The notes: generated by a model not told the origin, from the letters alone. Shown: positions 9,532 to 20,950, numbered from the stretch's first letter. The stretch is 64,000 bases of DNA from Candidatus Sumerlaeales bacterium (GCA_038243585.1 JBBSQY010000005.1:37401-101400), one strand, 5' to 3'. Made by a program: numbers and translations.

Positions 9532-11667
9532 ATGGCAATCAGAACTCTGGACAAGGTCCTGAAAGTCATTCTTTCGGCAGGTATCCTGTTAAGTATCGGC
9601 GGCTATATAGGGTGGACTCTTGTTTCAGACAACCTGTCTGCTATCCAGGCGGAAATCCATCCACTGCTTGTCCTGCAGCAAATTGTTTCCCAAATAATGA
9701 ACGCGGCGCCCTTATCGGATTGGAATTTCCCATTTCTAAGCATTGGAATATGGGCCGTTTGGGTAATCAGCATCTACAGTGCTGGTCTGATTATTACTAA
9801 CAAATTTTCATACCGCAGCGATTCCGTTGCAAGCTCAGCGCAAGCGGTAATAAGCTTTGCCGTAGGATTTGTTTTTTATGGGATTTTGCAACTCGTCGTT
9901 GGCTTGGTTGGATACGCACGGATTCCATTAATTTTGATTTTCTTTATCGGCACCTTGATTTGTCTCGCGCGCCGAACACATCGAGATGAGCTGCTGCGCC
10001 TTCCCCGGGCGATGATTTGGCAATGGAAATCGCTGTCTCCGCTTGGACGGCTCGCCTGCGTTGCATTCATGCTGCCAATCTTTATGCTGCTTGCGCCAGC
10101 CCTACCCCCCCCGGTTCAATCAGACGGAATGCGATACCATTTGGGGGCAGTGCAGGAATACCTAAAACTGGGCGCGATTCAATATCTGCCCCACAATGCC
10201 TACAGCAACATGCCTTTTCTGGTGGAGATGCATTTTCTCGGAGCGCTGGCCTGCAATGCCCCGGAAGCCACTCAATTAATGCACATGACCCTAGCCATCT
10301 TTGCCGCCCTTGCCATTTATGGAATTGTCTTAAATCTGGCAGCAGACAGTCCCAAATCCCACACTGCTCGCTATATAAGCCTGCTGCCTTCCGCCCTGTA
10401 TCTCGGGACTCCCATGTCTGGCGTGCTGGCCACGTGGCCGTTTACCGACCATGGCATCTCATTCTTCCTACTGGCCTCTCTTTTAGCCGCCCTCATTTGT
10501 TCTGACGAGCCAGTATATAGAAAACCCTGGATTCTGCTGGGAGTTTGTCTCGGCGGGCTTATCGGGGTTAAATATACAATGGGCCCCGTTGCGGTTGTCA
10601 TTATGGCCATTCCATGGGTTTCCAGTGCCCCCCCCCGTAAAATACTGCTATTTAACACAGCCGTTGCGCTCGTCATTATGGCAATCATTGGTGGAACCTG
10701 GTATATCAAAAATGCTTTTTTTACAACAAATCCATTTTATCCGTTAGTATCCGCCTATTTTCCTGGCGGCGACTGGACATCCGCCAATGATCAGTTTCTA
10801 CAATCCAAAGCTGGCGCTAAAGGAATGGGTCGCGGGTTTGTCGATATGCTGCTACTGCCTTGGAACGCCACGTTTAGGTGGGTCGCCTTTGAAGCGCATA
10901 ATCCGGGCGTGACCATTCTAGTTGCAACCCTGACAGCGCTTTGCGCTATAATTTCGAACAGCAGTCGCAAGGCAAGCGCAAAAGTTCGATCTGTTCTGAT
11001 GGTCACGTTACTGACGTTTGTAATCTGGTTTTTCACCTATCAGAGTAATCGACTCCTCCTGCCAACCATTGCGATAGCCCTGTGCTTAACACCACTCCAA
11101 CTTCTTTCAGGGAAACGCCTTGCGACTTATTTCTATAGCAGCGCTATCGCCCTTGCAACCGCATGCGGATTTGCGTGGGCCATACAATGGTCGTGGGTAG
11201 CAACAGGCCTCACTCCCCCGCCGCTCCCTTATCTCCTCGGAGTGCAGGACCAGAAAACCTATCGCTACCATTCGCTGACCTACGCGCGAGCTTTTGATTA
11301 TTTAAATCAACACGTGGCCCTTGATGAAAAGGTACTTCTTGTTGGGGAACACAGAATCTTTGGTGCGCGCTTCACCGCGCTCTGGAGTGATTGGTTCGAT
11401 ACTCCCATGCTCGTTTCAATTCTACGAAAGAACAACATTTTTAGTACTCACGAACTCCTGACCCACCTGCGTTCCAAAGACATCGATTGGATTCTTATTA
11501 ATGAGCGAGAGCTCGCGCCGCAACTGACAAGTGCGTTTAAACCCTGGTTTTCCCCACGGGAATGGAAAATCTTTGAGGAATTGCGCTTATTAAAGGGAAC
11601 CGACATTGAGGTGATAAACCTTCCGCCCGGCGTCACCATACTTCATTTGACGGAGGCGGGAAAATGA
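9532..11667 (+). CDS. Large multi-pass membrane protein, probable GT-C glycosyltransferase
   Basis: PP..SDGMRYHL, GVKYT, WYIKN...NPFYP and RLLLP motifs; more than 12 TM segments. Confidence 0.65.
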   Translation: MAIRTLDKVLKVILSAGILLSIGGYIGWTLVSDNLSAIQAEIHPLLVLQQIVSQIMNAAPLSDWNFPFLSIGIWAVWVISIYSAGLIITNKFSYRSDSVASSAQAVISFAVGFVFYGILQLVVGLVGYARIPLILIFFIGTLICLARRTHRDELLRLPRAMIWQWKSLSPLGRLACVAFMLPIFMLLAPALPPPVQSDGMRYHLGAVQEYLKLGAIQYLPHNAYSNMPFLVEMHFLGALACNAPEATQLMHMTLAIFAALAIYGIVLNLAADSPKSHTARYISLLPSALYLGTPMSGVLATWPFTDHGISFFLLASLLAALICSDEPVYRKPWILLGVCLGGLIGVKYTMGPVAVVIMAIPWVSSAPPRKILLFNTAVALVIMAIIGGTWYIKNAFFTTNPFYPLVSAYFPGGDWTSANDQFLQSKAGAKGMGRGFVDMLLLPWNATFRWVAFEAHNPGVTILVATLTALCAIISNSSRKASAKVRSVLMVTLLTFVIWFFTYQSNRLLLPTIAIALCLTPLQLLSGKRLATYFYSSAIALATACGFAWAIQWSWVATGLTPPPLPYLLGVQDQKTYRYHSLTYARAFDYLNQHVALDEKVLLVGEHRIFGARFTALWSDWFDTPMLVSILRKNNIFSTHELLTHLRSKDIDWILINERELAPQLTSAFKPWFSPREWKIFEELRLLKGTDIEVINLPPGVTILHLTEAGK

Positions 11668-12947
11668 AACGCCTCGCCGTACAATGGAGCCTTCTCTTCA
11701 TTGCTTCGGGCGTGTATGCATGGTTTGCAATATGGAATGTGTGGCCCGCTATTAACAGCAACGACTTCAAACACATCTTCTTCGGCATGAAAGCCCTGCT
11801 GGACACCAGCAGTCCATACCCTATCCAGTCTCTCCACCACCAGGCCGCGCTCCAGGGGTATCAGGGGCTATCATTCAATCCCTATGTTTATCTCCCCTTT
11901 ACTGGCCACGCTATGGCGTTTCTTGCTCCATTTCGCCTTGATCATGCTGTCGCCATATGGTTTTTACTTAACCACTTCTTTGTTGCCGGCTCCGTCCATT
12001 TCATTAGTTATATGTTTCCCCGTTGGCGCGTCGGAGCGGCTGGCGTTCTTCTGTTGAGTCTGGCTTTCAGCACCCCTCTTTATAGAACCCTTACAGCAGG
12101 CCAACTAAACGTGGCCCTCCTTTTCCTGATCTGCTTGTCTCTACACCTTGCAAAACAGCAAAAGTCGCTTTGGTGTGGGACGGTTATCGCCTTTGCCGCG
12201 CTTTACAAGTTAATGCCGGGCCTCTACGGGCTCTATTTTCTGCTTCGTCGACAATACCTAACTTTAGCCGCTATGGTTCTGAGCGGGTTAGTGATGCTTG
12301 GAGTTTCAGTGGCTTGGGCAGGCCCACGCATCTACGGGGAATTTTGGCCCGTACTGCGGCAAATGGGCTACGGCAGTTCGACGTGGCCTCATGTATTCTC
12401 TTTTTGGGATGACCCCCCAAACCAAAGCTTTAATTCCTTCTACTCACATATTTTCACGATAAACGACCACACTACGCCCTGGGCTACACTAGGTCAGTCG
12501 ACAGCCAATCTTGCGACAATTATAATCACCACGTTGCTCTTTTCAGCCTATCTTTTTGTGCTCGTCGCTCAACGTAAAAACAAACCTTCCTCTTGTTTTT
12601 CAAATTCTGATGAAGGAGCATGGGTATCTACTCTTATTCTGGCGCTCCTACTCCCGTCCCTTCTCTGGGATCACTACCTGGTTATGCTTATCCTCCCGAC
12701 GGCTTGGATTGTTAAAGTCGGATTACGCATTAATCGACCACTTGCTGTCATGGCAGCCGTTCTCTGCTACGGCCTTACGTGCATTCCATGGAATTTCGTT
12801 GCCCCACCCTGGCGAGCAGGTGTCGGCATTTTTCTCATGAGTATGAAACTATGGCCGACCATTGTACTGTTCGGGCTCAGTCTTTGCTTTACTCAGTTAT
12901 GTACAAAAGAAGCTACTCCCGCCCACATGAGTGAGCCTGGTATATAA
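11664..12947 (+). CDS. GT87-like (DUF2029) glycosyltransferase
   Basis: NDF, PYVYLP, GQLN, KLMP, NQS and LWDHY motifs; ATGA overlap with the upstream gene. Confidence 0.75.
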   Translation: MKRLAVQWSLLFIASGVYAWFAIWNVWPAINSNDFKHIFFGMKALLDTSSPYPIQSLHHQAALQGYQGLSFNPYVYLPFTGHAMAFLAPFRLDHAVAIWFLLNHFFVAGSVHFISYMFPRWRVGAAGVLLLSLAFSTPLYRTLTAGQLNVALLFLICLSLHLAKQQKSLWCGTVIAFAALYKLMPGLYGLYFLLRRQYLTLAAMVLSGLVMLGVSVAWAGPRIYGEFWPVLRQMGYGSSTWPHVFSFWDDPPNQSFNSFYSHIFTINDHTTPWATLGQSTANLATIIITTLLFSAYLFVLVAQRKNKPSSCFSNSDEGAWVSTLILALLLPSLLWDHYLVMLILPTAWIVKVGLRINRPLAVMAAVLCYGLTCIPWNFVAPPWRAGVGIFLMSMKLWPTIVLFGLSLCFTQLCTKEATPAHMSEPGI

Positions 12948-12984
12948 TTACAATAATACGTCCTACTGGAGATTCTAAGCTAAT

Positions 12985-14220
12985 ATGAAAAACGTTGTAG
13001 CGCTGGTGCTTGCCGGCGGAATAACCGGCGATTATGGCGTGCTAACCCAGAACAGGGCCAAAGGTGCACTAACAGTCGCAGGTAATTACCGAATTATCGA
13101 TTTTGCGCTTTCAAACCTGGTAAACTCCGAAATTTCTAATATCGGTTTGATCATTCAGTATCTTCCCGGGTCCCTCATAGAACACGTTGGTTCCGGTCAT
13201 CCATGGGATTTGGACAACTACGGCAAGAGCCTAAACATCATGCCACCGTTCGTGGGCGTTGAGCACACCGAATGGTATAATGGCACCGCAGACGCAATTG
13301 CTCGAAACCTTAATTTTGTCCGGGAGCATAAGGCTGAGCACGTTGTCGTGCTTAGCGGTGAACATATTTTCCATATGGACTTTCGTCCTGTGATTAAAAC
13401 ACATATGGAGCGCGGTGCCGATCTTACCGTGGTGACCCGTCAGCTTCCGCCGGACGAGCAAAAGCAGCGGTATGGCTATGTAGTAGTTGGAGACGACAGC
13501 ATAATTTCAGAGTATCATGAAAAGCCCGCCACACCGCCATCGGACATTGCTGCCACCGGAATTTACATTTTTAAAGCATCTGTTCTTACCGAACTCATTG
13601 ATAGAAATCCTTCCGACGCTAAACGCAATCTTGCCAAAGATGTCATTGAGCGTTTTGCCGGTGATATAAACACGTATGAACACCGGCTCACTGAGTGCTG
13701 GGAATATCTTGAGAATGTTCGCGATTACTATAACGCGCAATACCGGCTGACTGCCCAAGGAAGTTTGGAAAAGCTCCGAGAGTGGAACATTCTGACCAAC
13801 TTGAAATTTCGCCGTGTCGGACATGCTCCCGCCGCCAGCTTCGGCAAATCCTGCCGCGTTGAATCTAGCATGATCAGTCCCAAATGCAACATTCAGGGCA
13901 CAGTAGAAAACTCAATACTCTCGCCTGGTGTAAAAGTTGCAGCAGGAGCCGTCGTTTCCAACTCTATTCTACTCCATGATTGTCATGTAGGCGAGGGTGC
14001 AATTTTGGAACATGTTATTGCAGATCGCGATGCCGTCATCAGCGCCGGCGCGATCGTGGGGAAAATGGAGAGTGGTACTGATATCACGCACGAAGACTAT
14101 CCTCTAACCCTGATAGGCAAAGGCGCCCATATCGGGGAAGGAATTGTCATAACTCCAGGCCGACAGATTCGCCCCGGCCAGAAGCTGGCGACACAAGAGG
14201 CCGCAAACCTGGAGAGTTAA
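12985..14220 (+). CDS. ADP-glucose pyrophosphorylase family protein with degenerate catalytic motifs (GlgD-like)
   Basis: YRIIDFALSN, WY.GTADAI, EKP and a C-terminal left-handed beta-helix, but LAGGITGDY and LSGEH replace LAGGxGxRL and LSGDH. Confidence 0.8.
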   Translation: MKNVVALVLAGGITGDYGVLTQNRAKGALTVAGNYRIIDFALSNLVNSEISNIGLIIQYLPGSLIEHVGSGHPWDLDNYGKSLNIMPPFVGVEHTEWYNGTADAIARNLNFVREHKAEHVVVLSGEHIFHMDFRPVIKTHMERGADLTVVTRQLPPDEQKQRYGYVVVGDDSIISEYHEKPATPPSDIAATGIYIFKASVLTELIDRNPSDAKRNLAKDVIERFAGDINTYEHRLTECWEYLENVRDYYNAQYRLTAQGSLEKLREWNILTNLKFRRVGHAPAASFGKSCRVESSMISPKCNIQGTVENSILSPGVKVAAGAVVSNSILLHDCHVGEGAILEHVIADRDAVISAGAIVGKMESGTDITHEDYPLTLIGKGAHIGEGIVITPGRQIRPGQKLATQEAANLES

Positions 14221-14385
14221 CAGGCTACCCGACAACCAGCTCACTTCATTCCGTGGCTACAGACAGACCGGGAACAAACCTAAGCAGGTAATTCCTAATA
14301 AACAACGCCATCCGAAAGCTTCGTGTCGTCCTAATGATTATCCTCATCATAAATTATCCCACGAATTCTTTGATTTACATGACAG

Positions 14386-15426
14386 CTAATGTTGGTCTGC
14401 ATAGCCGACCAATCCCGCAGGAATGCTCGCCCCGGGCATGGGGTTAATAGTTAAACCCCGTTGCGCCAGACCCTGCAATGTCTCAACCGGGGGAATCTTT
14501 AAGTCTTCAGAATATCGGCCATACATATAATAGGAATCGGAGTAGCAATCCACCTTCGTAAAACGTCTTACAAATAACCCGCCGCCCAACCTGATGGTAA
14601 TCTGTGTGGCGGTTGGTGATTCGCTTGACGAATCTGTCTGGTACGCCAGGAATTGACGAGATTCTTGCACTTCTCCGTTACGAAAGGATATTTCTTCCCT
14701 GAGCTGGCCACTGGAGCTCACATTTATGAATAGAGATATAGCGTTGCCCAAGGTGTTGCTCAACGTGAATCCCGGCTTTAATCGAAGGGAAATTGATGTG
14801 GAATCTGTCTCTACTTCCAGTGTCTGGCCGCTCGCTTGACCGTGGTCGAAGTATAGTTTCAGCCATGCATATCCAGTCTGAGAGAGGTATCCAAAAGAGT
14901 GAATGTCAGCATTGACCACGCCGTTTTCTTTATACAAGCGAACTGCCAATGGCCATTGAATGTCCGCGCAGAGCGGCACACCATCGGAAGTCTCAGAGCT
15001 TTTAATGAAAGTGTGAGAAATTGGCGCGGTGCTCAGTTCCTCAATCGAAAAGCACATTGCGGAATCTTCCGAAATTTCTGTCTGGGTGGTATAAGAGAAT
15101 CCGATATGGCGGAAATTGTGTCGAAGCATAGTCGCGGAAGTGATTAAAGCGGCTGCGATCGCCTCTTCAGTTTGAGAAGATTGAAAAACCATAAAACGAG
15201 CAGTATTTTCCAACTGGTCTTTTTGGATTGGCGGCCGGAACTCTTCCATCGTGTAGCAAGACCGATGCTCTGTTCTGAGCTGATTAGTTTCATAGGAGCT
15301 TAGTAATTGACGAATAGCCGCGGATGTGCTTTCATCAATCGTAGAACTCTTTTCAGCGCGGCAAAGGAAAACGGACGCGAGAATCGATAAAAGTAAAATC
15401 GGCCTATTACGCAGCAAGCTCATCAT
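14386..15426 (-). CDS. Hypothetical secreted protein
   Basis: 346-aa ORF with a signal-peptide-like start and GGAG upstream; no family recognised. Confidence 0.6.
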   Translation of the reverse strand: MMSLLRNRPILLLSILASVFLCRAEKSSTIDESTSAAIRQLLSSYETNQLRTEHRSCYTMEEFRPPIQKDQLENTARFMVFQSSQTEEAIAAALITSATMLRHNFRHIGFSYTTQTEISEDSAMCFSIEELSTAPISHTFIKSSETSDGVPLCADIQWPLAVRLYKENGVVNADIHSFGYLSQTGYAWLKLYFDHGQASGQTLEVETDSTSISLRLKPGFTLSNTLGNAISLFINVSSSGQLREEISFRNGEVQESRQFLAYQTDSSSESPTATQITIRLGGGLFVRRFTKVDCYSDSYYMYGRYSEDLKIPPVETLQGLAQRGLTINPMPGASIPAGLVGYADQH

Positions 15427-15507
15427 TCCAAAGTCTCCTGTTTAATTTGACGATAATGGCAACGAAGATCCACGGCTACGTATTATACTTTTAACCAGGA
15501 AGACTCC

Positions 15508-16782
15508 CTACGCGGAAGCCTTCTGTTTCAGGATAATTTCCGGCTCCGCTTTGTCGTCTATACATTCTTTATTAATTCGGATCTCCTCAATCTCAGAACT
15601 CCGAGTGGGCAGATCATACATGACATCCAACATGACCGACTCCATAATAGAGCGAAGGCCTCGTGCGCCGGTATCGGTTTCCAAAGCTTTTCGGGCCATT
15701 GCGCGCACAGATTCATCCGAAAACTCCAGATTGACGTTTTCCATCTCGAAAAACTTCTTGTACTGCTTCGTCAGCGCATTACGCGGCTTTGTCAAAATTT
15801 GCACAAGGTCATCTTCACTCAGTCCATCCAATGTGGAGAGTACCGGCAGTCTGCCTATCAACTCCGGGATGAATCCAAATTTCAGTAGATCCTGCACCGT
15901 GACGTGAGCGTAAATATCCCCAAAGCTCTGCTCATTTCGCGAACGAATGTCCGCGCCGAAGCCCATAGTTTTCGTATGAATACGTCGTTCGACAATCTTA
16001 TCGATCCCGCTGAAAGCGCCGCCGCATATGAACAAGATGTTCGTGGTGTCGATCTGCACGTACTCCTGCTGAGGATGTTTGCGACCGCCGCTGGGCGGCA
16101 CATTCGCCACAGTGCCTTCCAGCATTTTCAGCAGGGCCTGCTGAACCCCTTCGCCGCTGACATCCCTGGTGATTGAGCGATTTTCAGACTTGCGGGCGAT
16201 CTTGTCAATTTCATCAATATAGATGATGCCCTTCTCAGCTTTTTCCTTGTCGTTACCCGCATTCTGCCACAGCTTCTGCAACACGTTCTCTACATCTTCG
16301 CCTACATAGCCAGCTTCCGTCAAAGTCGTTGCGTCCGCAATGGCGAACGGCACATCAAGTATGCGGGCAAGAGTTTGCACGATCAGGGTTTTACCGCTGC
16401 CTGTAGGACCGATCAACAAGATGTTTGACTTGCTCAGTTCCACATCCTCGTTGCCGCTATTAAACAGAATTCGTTTATAATGGTTATAGACTGCGACGCT
16501 CAGGACCTTCTTGGCGCGTTCCTGGGATATAACGTACTGATCCAGGTAATCCTTTATCTCGCGAGGCGTAGGAAGTTGATCCATACTACGCCCGACGGTG
16601 GATAAGCGCGTTTCCACCTGATCCTGCCCCAGTCGCTCATTGCATACATTTACGCAATCATCACAAATGTAAACACTCGTCATGGATTCCTTGTTAGGCA
16701 ACCCGCGAAACAAAGTTTTTACCGTGTGTTGATCTTTGCCGCAAAACGAGCACTTCAGCCGCATCCCTTGTGTCTCCACCAA
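15508..16782 (-). CDS. clpX: ATP-dependent Clp protease ATP-binding subunit ClpX
   Basis: CSFC/CDDC zinc finger, [29 protein letters not shown] and MGF loops. Confidence 0.97.
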   Translation of the reverse strand: MVETQGMRLKCSFCGKDQHTVKTLFRGLPNKESMTSVYICDDCVNVCNERLGQDQVETRLSTVGRSMDQLPTPREIKDYLDQYVISQERAKKVLSVAVYNHYKRILFNSGNEDVELSKSNILLIGPTGSGKTLIVQTLARILDVPFAIADATTLTEAGYVGEDVENVLQKLWQNAGNDKEKAEKGIIYIDEIDKIARKSENRSITRDVSGEGVQQALLKMLEGTVANVPPSGGRKHPQQEYVQIDTTNILFICGGAFSGIDKIVERRIHTKTMGFGADIRSRNEQSFGDIYAHVTVQDLLKFGFIPELIGRLPVLSTLDGLSEDDLVQILTKPRNALTKQYKKFFEMENVNLEFSDESVRAMARKALETDTGARGLRSIMESVMLDVMYDLPTRSSEIEEIRINKECIDDKAEPEIILKQKASA

Positions 16783-16916
16783 CGATAATTCTCCGTAAAC
16801 AAAATCCGTGATGGCCGCAGAGAAACCGCAGCCTCAATAAACTGTACCCGTAACCCGAAACGAGCATTCAACATCCACCAGTAACTAGCACCGGCCGTTA
16901 AGTTGGTAAGCTTCCC

Positions 16917-18230
16917 CTACGGTAAAACTGATGCTGGGGTCATGACGGCTGGCGTTGGCAGCGGCCTGTCAACTGCAAGAGACGACGACGTCGCAAAGGC
17001 CCCAAGTCGCGCCAGGGTTGTGGTAGTCGACCCTGCTTCGGCGGTGCCGCTTGATGAGTTCTCATTACCAGTCAAACTTAGCAATTGGCCTACCGTGACG
17101 AAAGTGTACCCCTTCGCCCTAAAATGGTCAACCGCTTTCCGTGTAACATCCAGTACGGTCTCTCTGCCCTTATGCTTGCGATCATGCATTAATATGATTG
17201 ATCCGTCGCCCGTTTGTTTAATGATCGTGCTAAGCATGGCATCTGTGGAACGGTTTCTCCAATCCTCAGTATCCACATCCCAAAGGATAATCTTGTATCC
17301 CATTTTTTCGCAAACTTCGTCTACCTTGCTGTTACGCGCTCCATAGGGCGGGCGCATCGTTAAAACGTCCACTCCAGACGCCTCTTTAATCAGATCATGA
17401 GTATCCTGTAATTCTTTGAGGATTTTCTCTGGGCTTTGTTTTCTCAAGTCGGGGTGGCTGTAGGTATGGTTGGCTAATTCAAATCCACTGTCAGCCAATG
17501 CCTTCACCAAATCCGGATGCGCCTTTACCATTTCGCCCAGCATATAAAAAGTGGCAGGGACGTTGTTGGCTGTCAAATACTCCATTAGTTTCGGAGTCAG
17601 GTTCGGGTTAGGTCCATCGTCATAGGTGAGAGCGATCCATTTTTTACCGGTCTTATGGCTGCTAAACGTCAACTTGTTTTTCGTATCTACAATGGCCAGC
17701 TTAACCTCTGGTGTTTCTATCGCGGCGGTCTCAGCAGAAGAACTTTCGACCTCAGGAGTGGATGGCTCGGTTGGCGCTTCGACTTTAGAAACTTCTGCTT
17801 TTGAAGAACTCACTTCTTCCAACCTTATAGAGCTACTTTTACCCTTTGGCTTTTTGCTTTCAGTGACTGTTACGTCACTGCGGCTGCGAGAATTGCTTTG
17901 AGCGGCCGCCGGTTTTGATTTTTTACCCGCATCGGATTCGGAAGACCGTTTCACAGGGGTACGATCCATGTTGTACGGGGTAACTACCGGGCGTTGCGCA
18001 CCCCTTAACTGCTGCTGGGCCGCCGGGGTTACATAGGCCGGTTGCGACACAGACGATCTAGCGGGTTGCTGTTGCGTTCCATAGAAGTTCTGTCCTCGCG
18101 AGGGAGCCGCGGTAGGACCCGGCTGCGCGGGAAACGTCTGGCCGGGGCTATAACCGTTTTGAGCGTAAATGTTTGGCGAAATAATAATAACAGCCGTCAT
18201 GAAAACGGCAAAAATAGCTGATCGGATCAT
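16917..18230 (-). CDS. Secreted polysaccharide deacetylase (NodB/CE4) with a long low-complexity N-terminal linker
   Basis: TYDDGP, NHTYSH, RPPYG, DTEDW and LMHD motifs; signal peptide from ATG 18230 (start uncertain). Confidence 0.85.
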   Translation of the reverse strand: MIRSAIFAVFMTAVIIISPNIYAQNGYSPGQTFPAQPGPTAAPSRGQNFYGTQQQPARSSVSQPAYVTPAAQQQLRGAQRPVVTPYNMDRTPVKRSSESDAGKKSKPAAAQSNSRSRSDVTVTESKKPKGKSSSIRLEEVSSSKAEVSKVEAPTEPSTPEVESSSAETAAIETPEVKLAIVDTKNKLTFSSHKTGKKWIALTYDDGPNPNLTPKLMEYLTANNVPATFYMLGEMVKAHPDLVKALADSGFELANHTYSHPDLRKQSPEKILKELQDTHDLIKEASGVDVLTMRPPYGARNSKVDEVCEKMGYKIILWDVDTEDWRNRSTDAMLSTIIKQTGDGSIILMHDRKHKGRETVLDVTRKAVDHFRAKGYTFVTVGQLLSLTGNENSSSGTAEAGSTTTTLARLGAFATSSSLAVDRPLPTPAVMTPASVLP

Positions 18231-18483
18231 CTTAACCACCTGGTCGTATAAGTGCCAAGACATACACAAAGTCCTCACCAGAATTGTTTAGGGTTAGATC
18301 CAAAAAGTCTTATGTAGACCAACGTAAGCTTTCCTTTGCATTTGCGAAACCACCGTTTTTCCCATGTTTTCAAACGAAATACAGCGTTAAAGGAAGTAAT
18401 TTGCAGGATTTTCCGCGTTAAACTTACATTTTTTAGCCACTTTAGATTAATGCCCGCCAATCTCTTGTCTGTAAATCCATATT

Positions 18484-20934
18484 ATGACCAAACGTAAAGA
18501 AACCGCTAAAAAGAAACCTGTCGTTGCAGAAGTTGACAGCGAACTGCTACCTTTAATCCCGCTGAAAGATATTGTTGTCTTTCCCGGATGCATAACGCCG
18601 TTGTTTGTAATGCGACCTAAAAGCCTGAATTCACTTGAGGATGCGGTTGCTTCAGATAAGCGCTTGTTTCTAGTGACGCAAAAATCCGTAGAGGTGGAGA
18701 CTCCAGCAGCCGCTGATCTTTACGAACATGGAACCGTTGCCGAAGTGCTGCAGGTTTTAAAAATGCCTGACGGCGCTGCCAAAGTATTAGTTGAGGGTCA
18801 GTTTGTTGCGCGAGTGCTGGGTTTTGAGCAAAACGACCGCCTTTCGCGAACCTTAATAGTGCCTTTTGAAACGCTTAAGAGTGATGATCCGAGCCTGGAA
18901 GCAAAGATTCGCCTGGTTCTGAACCAGTTCGAAACCTATGTTAGGCTCTATGACAAAATACCTGATGAGCTCTACGCTTCTATTCGCAACTACGAAGATC
19001 CTATTCAAATAGCCAATGCCGTCAGCCATTACGCCAATTTTAAAACCCGCGATAAACAGCAACTCCTGGAAACCCAGCATCTGGATAAAAAGTTAGTCCT
19101 GTTAAGCCAGCTGCTTGCCATGGAAAATGAGCTGCTTGAGCTGGAAAACCAGATCATGACGCAGGTACGGACTCAGATCGGCAAGAGTCAGAAGGAATAC
19201 TTTCTTAACGAACAACTCAAGGTTATTGAAAAAGAGCTGGGCTTAAGCGGCGAAGAAGATATTGAAATTGAAGAGCTAGCCGACAAGATAGACGCCAGCA
19301 AACTTCCGGAAGAAGCTCGGGAAAAAGCAACTCGTGAACTGAACCGCCTGGCAAAGATGGCACCCATGTCACCGGAAGCCACTGTCTCTCGCACGTATAT
19401 TGAATGGCTTCTGGATCTGCCATGGGGCAAAGGTACAAAGGACAAGCGAAACCTGAAAGCTGCACAAGAAGTGCTGGACAGAGATCATTATGGCTTGGAA
19501 AAGGTAAAAGATCGAATTACCGAATACCTGGCTGTTCATCAGCTTACGAAACATCCTAAGGGTTCGATTCTTTGTCTAGTTGGCCCTCCGGGCGTGGGAA
19601 AAACCTCACTCGCCAACAGCGTGGCCGACGCACTAGGGCGTAAATTTGTGCGCATCAGCCTGGGCGGTGTACGGGACGAAGCGGAAATCCGCGGTCATCG
19701 GCGTACCTATATTGGCTCCCTGCCTGGCAAAATTTTGCAGGCCATGAAAAAGGCTGGAACATCCAATCCTGTAATTCTGCTCGACGAGATCGATAAAATG
19801 TCCGCTGACTTCCGCGGCGATCCAGCCAGCGCCCTACTAGAAGTTCTCGATCCGGAACAAAACAAAGCTTTTAACGATCACTATCTTGAAGTCGATTATA
19901 ATCTTTCCGACGTCTTTTTCATAACCACCGCCAACACCAGCAGCGGAATTCCTCACCCGTTGCTGGACAGGATGGAATTGATTCGTCTTCCTGGTTACAC
20001 GGAAGAGGAAAAGATAATGATCGGCGAACGCTACCTGGTACCAAAACAGATCGAAGCAAACGGGCTGGCGGACAGAAACATAGAGTTCAGCCGCCGTGCA
20101 GTCCAGGTGCTCGTAGTTAACCACACGCGGGAAGCTGGTGTCCGTAATCTGGAGCGGGAGATTGCTACCGTATGCAGACGCATCGCCAAAGAACTCGTGG
20201 CATCCGGCGCAAAAGCATCCAAAAGCGCAAAACAAAAGATTACGCCAGAGCGAATTCGCGCTATTTTAGGACCAAAAAAGTACAAAGATTCTGAAGGACC
20301 CAAAGATCCCGAAATCGGCGTAGCAACTGGTCTTGCATGGACGGAAGTGGGTGGGGAAATTCTGCCGGCTGAAGTTACTGTAATGAAAGGCAAAGGAACT
20401 TTAGTGTTAACGGGGCAACTAGGGGAAGTTATGCAGGAAAGTGCAAAGGCAGCCCTCAGCTATATTCGATCGCGTAGCGTCGAATTGAAACTGCCGGAGG
20501 ATTTCTATCAGAACCTTGACATCCATGTTCATATTCCCGAAGGTGCAATTCCCAAGGATGGACCAAGCGCCGGCGTCACTCTTACTACAAGCATGGTAAG
20601 CGCGTTAACCAAACGTCCGGTCCGACAGGACATCGCCATGACCGGAGAAATCAACCTGCGCGGTAAAGTGCTAAAAATTGGTGGCTTGAAAGAAAAGGTT
20701 TTAGCCGCTCACCGCGCGCACATTATGGACGTCATAATTCCCAATGACAACATAGACGATTTGGAAGACATTTCACGCAAAGTCCGCAAAGAAATGAAGT
20801 TCTACCCAGTTGAAAACGTTGACCAGGTTTTGGATATGGCTCTAACTTTAAAAGCTGTAAAGAAACCAGAACCGCGTAAAGCAGCTTCGCGTACTCCGGC
20901 CAAGACTACGGCCCGCACCCCCCGCCGCCCGTAA
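18484..20934 (+). CDS. lon: Lon protease
   Basis: LON N-domain, [24 protein letters not shown] catalytic Ser, GGLKEK. Confidence 0.97.
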   Translation: MTKRKETAKKKPVVAEVDSELLPLIPLKDIVVFPGCITPLFVMRPKSLNSLEDAVASDKRLFLVTQKSVEVETPAAADLYEHGTVAEVLQVLKMPDGAAKVLVEGQFVARVLGFEQNDRLSRTLIVPFETLKSDDPSLEAKIRLVLNQFETYVRLYDKIPDELYASIRNYEDPIQIANAVSHYANFKTRDKQQLLETQHLDKKLVLLSQLLAMENELLELENQIMTQVRTQIGKSQKEYFLNEQLKVIEKELGLSGEEDIEIEELADKIDASKLPEEAREKATRELNRLAKMAPMSPEATVSRTYIEWLLDLPWGKGTKDKRNLKAAQEVLDRDHYGLEKVKDRITEYLAVHQLTKHPKGSILCLVGPPGVGKTSLANSVADALGRKFVRISLGGVRDEAEIRGHRRTYIGSLPGKILQAMKKAGTSNPVILLDEIDKMSADFRGDPASALLEVLDPEQNKAFNDHYLEVDYNLSDVFFITTANTSSGIPHPLLDRMELIRLPGYTEEEKIMIGERYLVPKQIEANGLADRNIEFSRRAVQVLVVNHTREAGVRNLEREIATVCRRIAKELVASGAKASKSAKQKITPERIRAILGPKKYKDSEGPKDPEIGVATGLAWTEVGGEILPAEVTVMKGKGTLVLTGQLGEVMQESAKAALSYIRSRSVELKLPEDFYQNLDIHVHIPEGAIPKDGPSAGVTLTTSMVSALTKRPVRQDIAMTGEINLRGKVLKIGGLKEKVLAAHRAHIMDVIIPNDNIDDLEDISRKVRKEMKFYPVENVDQVLDMALTLKAVKKPEPRKAASRTPAKTTARTPRRP

Positions 20935-20950
20935 TATTTTATTTGGAAGC

